A stretch of 24,000 bases of DNA, from assembly GCA_910580075.1 (NCBI GenBank), contig CAJTVR010000067.1:1-24000 (forward strand), in the 5' to 3' direction. The notes under the pieces are model-generated. The model was given only the letters and a program-made list of their open reading frames with translations, did not search any database and was not told the DNA's origin. Below, one piece after another: positions 8,196-15,959 of the stretch. This stretch comes from an uncultured Eubacterium sp. (GTDB lineage: Bacteria > Bacillota > Clostridia > Lachnospirales > Lachnospiraceae). Every line of letters begins with the position of its first letter. Position 1 is the first letter of the stretch. Position numbers and translations under genes: made by a program.

Positions 8196-8297
8196 GGAGC
8201 TGTCGCATTAAGAAAAACGACACAAGATACAGGCAGTTTAAATCGTTCATTGATACTATATCCTGTACATGTTTTACTTAGTGCGGCAGCTCCTTTT
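8196..8297 (+). terminator. putative terminator hairpin of the GH13 gene (long-loop stem)
   Basis: GGAGCTGTCGCATTAAG (8196-8212) pairs with CTTAGTGCGGCAGCTCC (8277-8293). The stem is 17 bp with 2 G-U pairs and no mismatches; the loop is 64 nt. TTTT follows. The stem sequence is nearly the same as in the hairpin at 4272-4326. Confidence 0.5.
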
Positions 8298-8350
8298 CAA
8301 AATCAGACCAGACTGCTGGATATTATCAAAATGAAAGAGGGGACAGGCAG

Positions 8351-9484
8351 ATGATTTACAAACAATTTCAGGATTTGAAACTGTCCGCTTTAGGACTGGG
8401 CGCAATGCGCCTGCCAGCGAGCGGAAAAGATAACGAAGAAATCAGCGAACAGCAGACAGCCGAAATGGTGGCATATGCCATGGATCACGGCATCAATTAT
8501 TACGATACTGCCTGGGGCTATCACAATGGCAATTCCGAAACCGTTCTTGGACGGGTTCTCAACAGATATCCAAGAGACAGCTTTTACCTGGCTGACAAAT
8601 TTCCGGGATACGATCTGTCTAACATGGATAAAGCAGAAGCTATTTTTGAAAAACAGCTCGAAAAATGCGGTGTGGATTATTTTGATTTTTACCTGTTCCA
8701 TAATGTATGTGAGATGAACATTGATTCCTATCTCAATCCGGAATACGGTATCTTAGACTATTTACTAAAACAAAAAGAAAACGGGCGCATCCGTCATCTT
8801 GGGTTTTCTGCTCATGGAAATTATGACACTATGAAACGTTTTCTGGACGCTTACGGCAGCCATATGGAATTCGGACAGATTCAGCTGAACTGGATTGACT
8901 GTACATTCCAGAATGCATATGAGAAAGTGCAGCTGTTAAAGGAATATCAGATTCCAGTCTGGGTTATGGAGCCTCTGCGCGGCGGCCGGCTCGCATCCCT
9001 TTCTGAAAAAGCCGTGAACACATTAACGGCTCTGCGCCCGGATGAAGAAATCGCAGCATGGGCTTTCCGTTTCCTGCAGGGTATTGACGGCGTAACAATG
9101 ATTCTCTCCGGCATGTCTGATCTGGAACAGGTGCAGAAAAATATTAAGACTTTTGAAACTGAAAAGAAACTGAATGAAAAGGAGCTGAATACGCTTCTTG
9201 GCATTGCGGATGATATGATTAAAAATATCCTGCCTTGTACAGCATGCCGCTACTGTACGGCTCACTGTCCAAAAGAACTGGATATTCCTTCGCTGCTGAA
9301 GCTGTACAACGAACACTGCTTTACCGGAGGCGGATTTATTGCACCAATGGCATTGATGGCTGTGCCGGATGACAAGCGGCCTTCTGCCTGTATTGGATGC
9401 CGCAGCTGTGAGGGGGTCTGTCCGCAGAAGATTAAAATTTCTGAGGCAATGGCTGATTTTAGTACTAAGCTGAGAGAAAATTGA
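8351..9484 (+). CDS. aldo/keto reductase fused to a C-terminal 2x[4Fe-4S] ferredoxin-like domain
   Basis: 377-aa ORF. AKR motifs are present (GLGAMRL, YYDTAWGYHNGNSE). Two cysteine clusters lie near the C-terminus: CTACRYCTAHCP and CIGCRSCEGVCP. Confidence 0.85.
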   Translation: MIYKQFQDLKLSALGLGAMRLPASGKDNEEISEQQTAEMVAYAMDHGINYYDTAWGYHNGNSETVLGRVLNRYPRDSFYLADKFPGYDLSNMDKAEAIFEKQLEKCGVDYFDFYLFHNVCEMNIDSYLNPEYGILDYLLKQKENGRIRHLGFSAHGNYDTMKRFLDAYGSHMEFGQIQLNWIDCTFQNAYEKVQLLKEYQIPVWVMEPLRGGRLASLSEKAVNTLTALRPDEEIAAWAFRFLQGIDGVTMILSGMSDLEQVQKNIKTFETEKKLNEKELNTLLGIADDMIKNILPCTACRYCTAHCPKELDIPSLLKLYNEHCFTGGGFIAPMALMAVPDDKRPSACIGCRSCEGVCPQKIKISEAMADFSTKLREN

Positions 9485-9504
9485 TAAATTAGCCACAAAC
9501 ACAC

Positions 9505-9540
9505 ATTCCCCGGCCAGTGATCCGCCGGGGAATTTCTTTC
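9505..9540. terminator. hairpin terminator between the convergent AKR and ribH genes
   Basis: A perfect 10-bp stem ATTCCCCGGC (9505-9514) / GCCGGGGAAT (9524-9533) with a 9-nt loop. TTCTTTC follows on the plus strand. The minus-strand side is less T-rich. Confidence 0.7.
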
Positions 9541-9549
9541 AAAAATGTT

Positions 9550-10017
9550 CTAGTTTTCTATTTCACGGATCAGGTTTACCATCTCTATCGCACCTAATGC
9601 ACAGTCATATCCCTTATTTCCTGCTTTTGTGCCGGCTCTCTCGATAGCCTGCTCAATATTTTCTGTTGTGAGGATTCCAAACATAACCGGAATCCCTGTT
9701 TCCAAAGACACAGCTGCAATGCCTTTTGACACTTCATTGCATACATAATCATAATGGCTGGTAGCCCCGCGGATGACTGCGCCGAGGCAGATGACTGCAT
9801 CGTATTTTCCGCTCTTTGCCATTTTGGATGCAGTCAGCGGAATTTCAAACGCACCAGGCACCCAGGCAACCTCAATGTCTTCGTCCCGCACATCATGCCG
9901 TACCAGTCCGTCCTGAGCGCCGCTTAACAGCTTTGATGTAATAAATTCATTAAAGCGGGCTGCCACAATTCCGATTTTAATCTCTTTTGATACAAGTTTT
10001 CCTTCCAGTGTTTTCAT
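9550..10017 (-). CDS. ribH: 6,7-dimethyl-8-ribityllumazine synthase
   Basis: 155-aa ORF with a typical lumazine synthase sequence ([21 protein letters not shown]). It is the last gene of the rib operon. Confidence 0.95.
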   Translation of the reverse strand: MKTLEGKLVSKEIKIGIVAARFNEFITSKLLSGAQDGLVRHDVRDEDIEVAWVPGAFEIPLTASKMAKSGKYDAVICLGAVIRGATSHYDYVCNEVSKGIAAVSLETGIPVMFGILTTENIEQAIERAGTKAGNKGYDCALGAIEMVNLIREIEN

Positions 10018-10077
10018 AATTCTTTTCTCACCTTTCTTTAAAATATAATCAGTTAAACGTTCGTCTCTGTTATCCTG

Positions 10078-11277
10078 TCAGAACGTCAGTATATGTCCCA
10101 TACGTTCTTTTTTAGTCTTTAAATAGAACAAATCATGCGCCGTTGCATCCATCTGAATCGGTACACGTTTTGTAATTTCTATCCCAAATTCCGACAGCTG
10201 GTAAACTTTATCCGGATTATTCGTCAGGAGGCGCATGCTCTTTATTCCCAAATCCCGTAAAATCTGCGCTCCAATATAGTATTCCCTCTGGTCAGCGGCA
10301 AATCCAAGCGCCAGGTTTGCTTCTAATGTATCCATACCCTGTTCCTGCAGTTCGTAGGCACGCAGCTTGTTGATGAGACCTATGCCGCGGCCTTCCTGGC
10401 GCATATAAAGCAGCACGCCACGGCCTTCTTTTTCAATCTGCGTCATTGCTGCCGCAAACTGCTGGCCGCAGTCACAGCGCAGGGAGCCGAATGTATCTCC
10501 GGTCAGGCATTCGGAGTGTACACGGCACAGCACATCTTTGCCATCGCCTATTTCGCCTTTTACAAGTGCTACATGATGTTCTCCATTCAGCTTGTTAATA
10601 TATCCGTAAGCTATAAAATCCCCGTATTTTGTAGGCATTTTTGTAACTGTTACACGCTCTGCCAGCTTGTCATGGCATCTGCGGTAATCCTGAAGCGCTT
10701 TTATCGTAATAAATTTTAAATTCCATTTTTTAGCAAGCTCTGCAAGCTCCGGCGTACGCATCATGGTTCCGTCTTCCCGCATAATCTCACAGCACAGGCC
10801 GCACTCTTTCAGACCTGCAAGACGGCACAAATCTACGGTAGCTTCCGTATGCCCGCTGCGCTCTAAAACACCGTTCTTCTTTGACAGCAGCGGAAACATG
10901 TGCCCAGGCCTTCGAAAATCCTCCGGCTTCGCATCATCTGCCACGCATCCGAGTGCAGTTATAGAGCGTTCGGCTGCCGAAATGCCCGTCGATGTGGTTA
11001 CATGGTCAACCGACACAGTAAACGCTGTTTCATGATTGTCTGTATTCTGCTGTACCATCTGCGGAAATTTAAGCTTATTGATATATTCCTCAGACATTGG
11101 CATGCAGATCAATCCCTTGCCGTGTACTGCCATAAAATTAATATTTTCCGTTGTTGCAAATTCTGCTGCACAGATAAAATCTCCTTCGTTCTCCCGCTCT
11201 GGATCATCTGTTGCTAATATAATCTTTCCATTTCTTAAATCTTCCAGCGCTTCTTCCACTGTGTCAAACTGAATCAT
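10078..11277 (-). CDS. ribBA: bifunctional 3,4-dihydroxy-2-butanone-4-phosphate synthase / GTP cyclohydrolase II
   Basis: 399-aa ORF. The DHBP synthase motif [12 protein letters not shown] and the GTP cyclohydrolase II zinc motif [21 protein letters not shown] are both present. AGGAGG lies 9 nt upstream of the ATG. Confidence 0.95.
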   Translation of the reverse strand: MIQFDTVEEALEDLRNGKIILATDDPERENEGDFICAAEFATTENINFMAVHGKGLICMPMSEEYINKLKFPQMVQQNTDNHETAFTVSVDHVTTSTGISAAERSITALGCVADDAKPEDFRRPGHMFPLLSKKNGVLERSGHTEATVDLCRLAGLKECGLCCEIMREDGTMMRTPELAELAKKWNLKFITIKALQDYRRCHDKLAERVTVTKMPTKYGDFIAYGYINKLNGEHHVALVKGEIGDGKDVLCRVHSECLTGDTFGSLRCDCGQQFAAAMTQIEKEGRGVLLYMRQEGRGIGLINKLRAYELQEQGMDTLEANLALGFAADQREYYIGAQILRDLGIKSMRLLTNNPDKVYQLSEFGIEITKRVPIQMDATAHDLFYLKTKKERMGHILTF

Positions 11278-11300
11278 AAAACATGACCTCCTAAATCTGT

Positions 11301-11948
11301 TTAAAATCCATATCTGCTTAAAAACTCTTCTGTGATCCGGCTTTTAGGTGTATCTGAAGATGCCGGCTGCATCAGTTTTTCTACATATTTTCCTATAATA
11401 TCTGTTTCCAGGTTCACACTGTCCCCGGCACCTTTATCTTTTAATATCGTCTGCTCTACCGTATGAGGAATCGCTGAAATTGAAAAACTCTCTTCCGATA
11501 CAGCAGCAACCGTCAGGCTGATGCCATCTACTGTAACAGAGCCTTTTTCGACAACATAACGCAAAATCTGCGGCCCGGCTCCGATTGTATACCAGACTGC
11601 TGTATCATCACGTTTAGTCTGCAGAATGGTTCCTATGCCATCCACATGGCCTGATACAATATGGCCTCCAAAACGCCCGTTTGCCTGCATTGCCCGTTCC
11701 AGATTCACACGGCTGGCGTTTTTCAGATTCGCCAGGGAAGAGCGGTTTAATGTCTCATGCATCACATCTGCGAGAAACTTCCCGGCTGGCAGCGCCGTTA
11801 CCGTCAGGCAGATGCCGTTTACCGCTATACTGTCGCCGATTTTTGTATCTTCTAAAACCTTGGAAGCCCTTATGGCAAGCACCGCTGAATGCTGGCCGTG
11901 CTGTACGCGCTCCACCGTCCCGATTTCCTCAACAATCCCTGTAAACAT
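11301..11948 (-). CDS. ribE: riboflavin synthase alpha chain
   Basis: 215-aa ORF starting MFTGIVEE. It shows the internal duplication typical of the family ([11 protein letters not shown] and [11 protein letters not shown]). Its ATG overlaps the ribD stop (TGATG). Confidence 0.93.
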   Translation of the reverse strand: MFTGIVEEIGTVERVQHGQHSAVLAIRASKVLEDTKIGDSIAVNGICLTVTALPAGKFLADVMHETLNRSSLANLKNASRVNLERAMQANGRFGGHIVSGHVDGIGTILQTKRDDTAVWYTIGAGPQILRYVVEKGSVTVDGISLTVAAVSEESFSISAIPHTVEQTILKDKGAGDSVNLETDIIGKYVEKLMQPASSDTPKSRITEEFLSRYGF

Positions 11949-13297
11949 CAGGTGTCACCCCGCTTTCCTTCTGTGCAGACCGGCCCGCTGTGTGCGGCTG
12001 TGCCTTCTTCTGGCAGCCCTTTTTTCAGAAGATTCCCGGCAGAATCCTCTGTCACAGCCAGTTTTGCCGAGTCTCCTTCTGCATCCCTGAGTTCTGCTGC
12101 AAGGCCTTCTGCTCTTCCTGTTTCTGTAACAGTTCCTTCCGTATCTTTAACCTCCGCTGCAAAGCCTTCTGCTCTTCTTGTTTCTGACACGGTTCCTTCC
12201 GCAGTTTTAATTTCTGCCACAGTACCCTCTATTAGAAAATCTTCTCCCAGTCTAGTAATCGAGCTGTTTTTTAATATAAACGCTTCTGCCGGAGAAGATA
12301 CGCCTGTCCCTTCTACGGGAGTTCTGGCAGTGCTGCCGCCAAACATCTTAGGTGCAGTATAGGCCAGTACTTTCTGCACAATTCCGCTTTCTAATGCTGC
12401 CCAGTTCAGTGTACCTCCGCCTTCCAGCAGAATACTGTCAACCTGTTCTGCTCCAAGCATTGACATAAGCTGCTGTAAATCCACATGGCCATTCTTTTTG
12501 TCAGTCTGCAGGACACGGCATCCGGCCTGTTCGAGCGCCGCCTTTTTCTCCCTGTCGGGCGAGCATGCTGCAATGACTGTCGTTATTTCATTTGCTGTAG
12601 TCACAATCTGTGAGGTCAGCGGAATACGCAGATTTGTATCACATATAATCCGCACAGGGTTTTTACAGCCTGGAATCCGGCATGTCAGCAGCGGATCGTC
12701 CGCCAGCACCGTTCCGATTCCAGCCATGATCCCGGTGTAGCGGTGCCGTAACTGCTGCACATGGTTTCTGGCAGTTTCCCCGGTAATCCATTTTGAAAGT
12801 CCTGTATGTGCAGCAATTTTTCCATCCAGTGTCATTGCGTATTTCATGACAACAAATGGCTTTTTATTTTGAATATAGTAGAAAAACACTTCATTTAGAC
12901 GGTCACATTCTTCCCGCAGCACATTTTCTATGACCTGTACTCCATGTTTTTGCAGTATCTGCACTCCTTTTCCACTGACGAGGGGATTCGGATCTGCTGA
13001 ACCTATGACAACACGGCTGATGCCGGCCTCTAAAACAGCTTCCACACAGGGCGGCTGTTTCCCGTAATGACAGCAGGGTTCAAGGGTGACATACATTACG
13101 GCACCTTTGGGCGATTCTATACAGGAAGCCAGTGCATTGCGTTCCGCATGGGGCTGCCCGTATTTCTCATGCCATCCTGTTCCAATCACACGTCCGTCTT
13201 TTACAATGACCGCTCCAACCATGGGATTCGGCGATGTCCATCCGCTGCCTTTTTTTGCATATTCCAGAGCCATACGCATATATTCCCTGTCATCCAT
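11948..13297 (-). CDS. ribD: bifunctional riboflavin biosynthesis deaminase/reductase RibD with a 93-aa C-terminal repeat extension
   Basis: Deaminase motifs HAERNAL and PCCHYGKQPPC are present, as is the reductase motif KYAMTLDGKIA. I moved the start to the ATG at 13297 (MDDREYMRMALEYAKKG). The track's TTG start at 13312 would translate the SD itself (GGGAGGTG, 6 nt upstream of the ATG). Confidence 0.9.
   Translation of the reverse strand: MDDREYMRMALEYAKKGSGWTSPNPMVGAVIVKDGRVIGTGWHEKYGQPHAERNALASCIESPKGAVMYVTLEPCCHYGKQPPCVEAVLEAGISRVVIGSADPNPLVSGKGVQILQKHGVQVIENVLREECDRLNEVFFYYIQNKKPFVVMKYAMTLDGKIAAHTGLSKWITGETARNHVQQLRHRYTGIMAGIGTVLADDPLLTCRIPGCKNPVRIICDTNLRIPLTSQIVTTANEITTVIAACSPDREKKAALEQAGCRVLQTDKKNGHVDLQQLMSMLGAEQVDSILLEGGGTLNWAALESGIVQKVLAYTAPKMFGGSTARTPVEGTGVSSPAEAFILKNSSITRLGEDFLIEGTVAEIKTAEGTVSETRRAEGFAAEVKDTEGTVTETGRAEGLAAELRDAEGDSAKLAVTEDSAGNLLKKGLPEEGTAAHSGPVCTEGKRGDT
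12020..12229 (-). repeat. in-frame 30-bp (10-aa) periodic repeat with a 60-bp higher-order duplication in the ribD 3' end
   Basis: The protein reads EGTVAEIKTA/EGTVSETRRA/EGFAAEVKDT/EGTVTETGRA/EGLAAELRDA/EGDSAKLAVT/EDSAGNLLKK. At the DNA level, about 12095-12154 and 12155-12214 are near-identical 60-bp copies. Confidence 0.85.
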
Positions 13298-13369
13298 ACA
13301 AACACCTCCCAAAATTTAAATATCGCGGCATTCACCAAATGCCTGTGCTGGCAAGGCACTTAGTTTATT

Positions 13370-13572
13370 GCTCTAAAAAATAAAAGCTCTGGAATATGAA
13401 AATCCAGAGCCGCTGCTACCCAGATAAGAAACCATGCAGATTCATCTGCATGACACTTGTCCATTATCTTCTTTCATCCAGACTATACGGTCGGCTTCGG
13501 AATCGCACCGAATCATGCCTTGCGGCTCGTGGGCTTTACCACCGGTAGGGAATCACACCCTGCCCTGAAGAT
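13370..13572 (-). promoter_or_regulatory. FMN riboswitch (RFN element) with terminator expression platform
   Basis: The minus strand reads ATCTTCAGGGCAGGGTGTGATTCCCTACCGGTGGTAAAGCCCACGAGCC...GGTGCGATTCCGAAGCCGACCGTATAGTCTGGATGAAAGAAGAT, which matches the conserved RFN core as I recall it. P1 pairs 13567-13572 with 13466-13471. Downstream, a terminator stem GCTCTGGA/TCCAGAGC (13403-13410 / 13386-13393) is followed by TTTTATTTTTT. The element sits directly upstream of ribD. Confidence 0.9.
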
Positions 13573-13592
13573 TTTATTTAGTTCTGGAAATG

Positions 13593-13621
13593 ATTATAAA
13601 CCATTATAAACGGTTATGCAA
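13593..13621 (-). promoter_or_regulatory. putative SigA-type promoter of the rib operon
   Basis: On the minus strand: TTGCAT (rc of 13616-13621), a 17-nt spacer, then TATAAT (rc of 13593-13598). This is about 20 nt upstream of the riboswitch P1 stem. Confidence 0.6.
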
Positions 13622-13806
13622 GAGGATTTTTATTTGAGTTTCCCCATTTTATAAACTCTCATGTCTCGCAATCAGCTATTTTAAAGTATTCAAACAGGTT
13701 CATCTGCTGTGATTGAACGCCATAAACCACCCCTGAGGACGTTTCAATCCTTTTGAAATCTTTAAAGAAAAGTTTGTAAAATCCCTTTTAATTTCGTATC
13801 TTAATC

Positions 13807-13815
13807 TGCTATAAT
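13807..13815 (+). promoter_or_regulatory. putative extended -10 promoter element for the 68-aa gene
   Basis: TGcTATAAT at 13807-13815. The -35 (TTTAAT at 13787-13792) is weak. The element lies 46 nt upstream of the ATG at 13862. Confidence 0.4.
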
Positions 13816-13861
13816 GATTATATCAGTAAACAGCTGCATCAATCATAAAGGCGGTGAGAAC

Positions 13862-14068
13862 ATGGAGGTAATAGAGGAACTGAATAATGCTGAAATAATG
13901 CAGAGAGCTATGGAAGATTTTAGAGAAGTTCAAGAATATATGGCAATTGCAAAAGAAGAACATGCGGCGAAAACATATGCTAAATTAAAAAGAAAATATA
14001 TTACTTTAAAAGCATTAATTAACAGTTTAGGAGTTAACATGTCAGACATTGACGAAATCAAAGAGTAA
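13862..14068 (+). CDS. hypothetical small protein (68 aa, predicted helical, charged)
   Basis: The ATG at 13862 is preceded by SD-like AAGGCGGTGA. The track's upstream ATG at 13814 lies inside the -10 box, so I rejected it. A strong terminator follows. I recognise no family motif. Confidence 0.55.
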   Translation: MEVIEELNNAEIMQRAMEDFREVQEYMAIAKEEHAAKTYAKLKRKYITLKALINSLGVNMSDIDEIKE

Positions 14069-14102
14069 AGAATAACAACCACATAATCAGCCACTAAACC
14101 AG

Positions 14103-14143
14103 AGTGTAAAGCCTGTTGAACTGCCAGGGGCTTTACACTTTTT
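14103..14143 (+). terminator. Rho-independent terminator of the 68-aa gene
   Basis: A perfect stem GTGTAAAGCC (14104-14113) / GGCTTTACAC (14129-14138) with a 15-nt loop, followed by TTTTT (14139-14143). Confidence 0.8.
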
Positions 14144-14435
14144 GATTTAGGAGGTTATGACCATGAATAAATATTTTGAGAATGTCAGAATATTAGAAGA
14201 ATTTTGATTTACATCCGCAGCCCGACAGCCGCCCGCAAAATTAAAAAAGCCGCCCCCTGCAGCAGAATTCTTTCCAGTCTCCAGATATTCTGTATTCCAG
14301 CCATCCAGATTTTGCCGGAAACATAACATTCCGGCAAATCTGGATCTGACTGAATATCCAGACATCAGATATGAGAAAAAACCTGCGGCAATAGAGACAG
14401 CCTTTTTTGCGGGACCATATCTTCGTATCTAAGAT

Positions 14436-14894
14436 TCATAGTTTGTCTTGTAACACAGTATACTTTTGCTGAAAATACATCATCAGTCTTTCTAATGCCT
14501 TCCGCAGCACCTGGCTCTCCTGTTCGCTGATATGTTCCAGAATAAATGTTATCATTTCTTTGTGAAATTTTTCGTGATGCCTGTAAGCCCGTATTCCGCG
14601 TTCCGTAAGTTTGATATAGACGACTCTTTTATCACGGTCACTGCGCTGGCGCAGTACATACCCTTTCTTTTCCAGCGAATCCATTGCTTTTGTCAGCGTC
14701 CCGGTTGTCACGGATAACAATTTTGCAATCTGAGACATTTTCTGAGGCTCTTTGAGTCCGATTGCTTCTATGACATGCATATCATTATAAGTAATATTTT
14801 TAAATTCATCTGTAATCAGCTTCTTTTCTTCAATTTCCATAATGAACTTAAAAAACTGCACTAAGAGCCTGTTCAGTGTCTGCTCTGTTTCCAT
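14436..14894 (-). CDS. MarR-family transcriptional regulator, FabT-like by context
   Basis: The winged-helix region is MSQIAKLLSVTTGTLTKAMDSLEKKGYVLRQRSDRDKRVVYIKLTERG. I placed the start at the ATG at 14894 (METEQT...), which is preceded by AAAGGAAG; the track uses a TTG at 14918. It is the last gene of the fab operon, 56 nt after fabH. Confidence 0.8.
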   Translation of the reverse strand: METEQTLNRLLVQFFKFIMEIEEKKLITDEFKNITYNDMHVIEAIGLKEPQKMSQIAKLLSVTTGTLTKAMDSLEKKGYVLRQRSDRDKRVVYIKLTERGIRAYRHHEKFHKEMITFILEHISEQESQVLRKALERLMMYFQQKYTVLQDKL

Positions 14895-14950
14895 TCCTGT
14901 TACTTCCTTTCCACCCAAAGCTGCATCCTGCCAGACTGATTGTGCGCTGT

Positions 14951-15913
14951 TTACCAGACAAGTACTGCTGCTCCCCAGGTAAGCCCTGCGCCGAATCCGG
15001 CAAGCACAATTTTATCTCCCCGCTTTAGTTTTCCGTCTTTATTTACTCTGTCTAATAAAACCGGCACACTGGCGGCTGAAATATTTCCACATTCCTCTAA
15101 ACATACCGGGAATTTGTCAGCTGGCTGTTTCAGGCGCTTTGCAACGGCATCGATAATGCGCTGGTTTGCCTGGTGCAGCAGATACAATGAGATATCTTCC
15201 GGCTGCAGTTCGGCCTTTGCCAGTGCTTCATTGATGCATTTTGGCACAGTACGGACTGCAAATTTATATACTTCCTGACCGTTCATCTGAACATACTGGC
15301 CAGGCGGCATCTGGTTCGCATATGGATTCTGAACCGGCCTGCCGCCGCAGGAAAGCACGCTGCCCTTCACCCCGTCAGATCCCTGTACTCCTGCCAGCAT
15401 GCCCTGTTCATCTGCGCAGATCACCGCTGCTCCTGCCCCGTCTCCAAACAGTACACAGGTAGAGCGGTCTGTCCAGTCCAGCAGTTTTGACAGGATCTCT
15501 GTGCCCGTAATTAATATTTTGCGGTACATGCCGCACTGAATATACGCCTGTGCTGCTATCAGTGCAAAGATAAAGCCGGAGCATGCAGCGCATAAATCAT
15601 AAGCAGCCGCATTGACGGCCCCTATATCCCTTTGGATTTCACAGGACAGCGGAGGCACTATATGGTCTGGAGAAAGTGTTGCTGCAATGATAAGATCCAG
15701 CTCCTCAGGTTTTACATCTGCTTCCTTCAGCGCCTGTACAGCTGCTTCTGCAGACATGCCTGCCGCTGTTTCTTCCACTGCAATATGTCTCGCACCGATT
15801 CCGGTACGGCTGCGTATCCATTCATCCGATGTGTCCAGTATTTTGCCAAGGTCATCGTTTGTCACGCGAAGGCCTGGCAGGCAGCTGCCTGTGCCAGCAA
15901 TTCTCGCTCTCAT
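14951..15913 (-). CDS. fabH: 3-oxoacyl-ACP synthase III
   Basis: 320-aa ORF with the active-site Cys context LCAACSGFIFAL and a C-terminal GFGAGLTWGA. SD GGGAGG lies upstream. Confidence 0.93.
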   Translation of the reverse strand: MRARIAGTGSCLPGLRVTNDDLGKILDTSDEWIRSRTGIGARHIAVEETAAGMSAEAAVQALKEADVKPEELDLIIAATLSPDHIVPPLSCEIQRDIGAVNAAAYDLCAACSGFIFALIAAQAYIQCGMYRKILITGTEILSKLLDWTDRSTCVLFGDGAGAAVICADEQGMLAGVQGSDGVKGSVLSCGGRPVQNPYANQMPPGQYVQMNGQEVYKFAVRTVPKCINEALAKAELQPEDISLYLLHQANQRIIDAVAKRLKQPADKFPVCLEECGNISAASVPVLLDRVNKDGKLKRGDKIVLAGFGAGLTWGAAVLVW

Positions 15914-15959
15914 AAAATTTCCTCCCTTTAAGGTCCTTATTCTGACATGATTTCATACC

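Noticed and set aside
13298-13312. Longer N-termini in the ORF track for ribD (TTG 13312), marR (TTG 14918), fabG (TTG 20432), fabF (19623) and the 68-aa gene (ATG 13814)
   Set aside because: In each case a downstream ATG has a proper SD at 5-9 nt and yields the canonical family N-terminus. The longer forms would translate the SD or the -10 box, or would overlap the upstream gene extensively.
14147-14365. 72-aa minus-strand ORF in the interval between the 68-aa gene and marR
   Set aside because: It has no SD upstream of its ATG, and its translation is Gly/Ala/Asn-rich and implausible. It spans the hairpin region and runs into the opposite-strand terminator.
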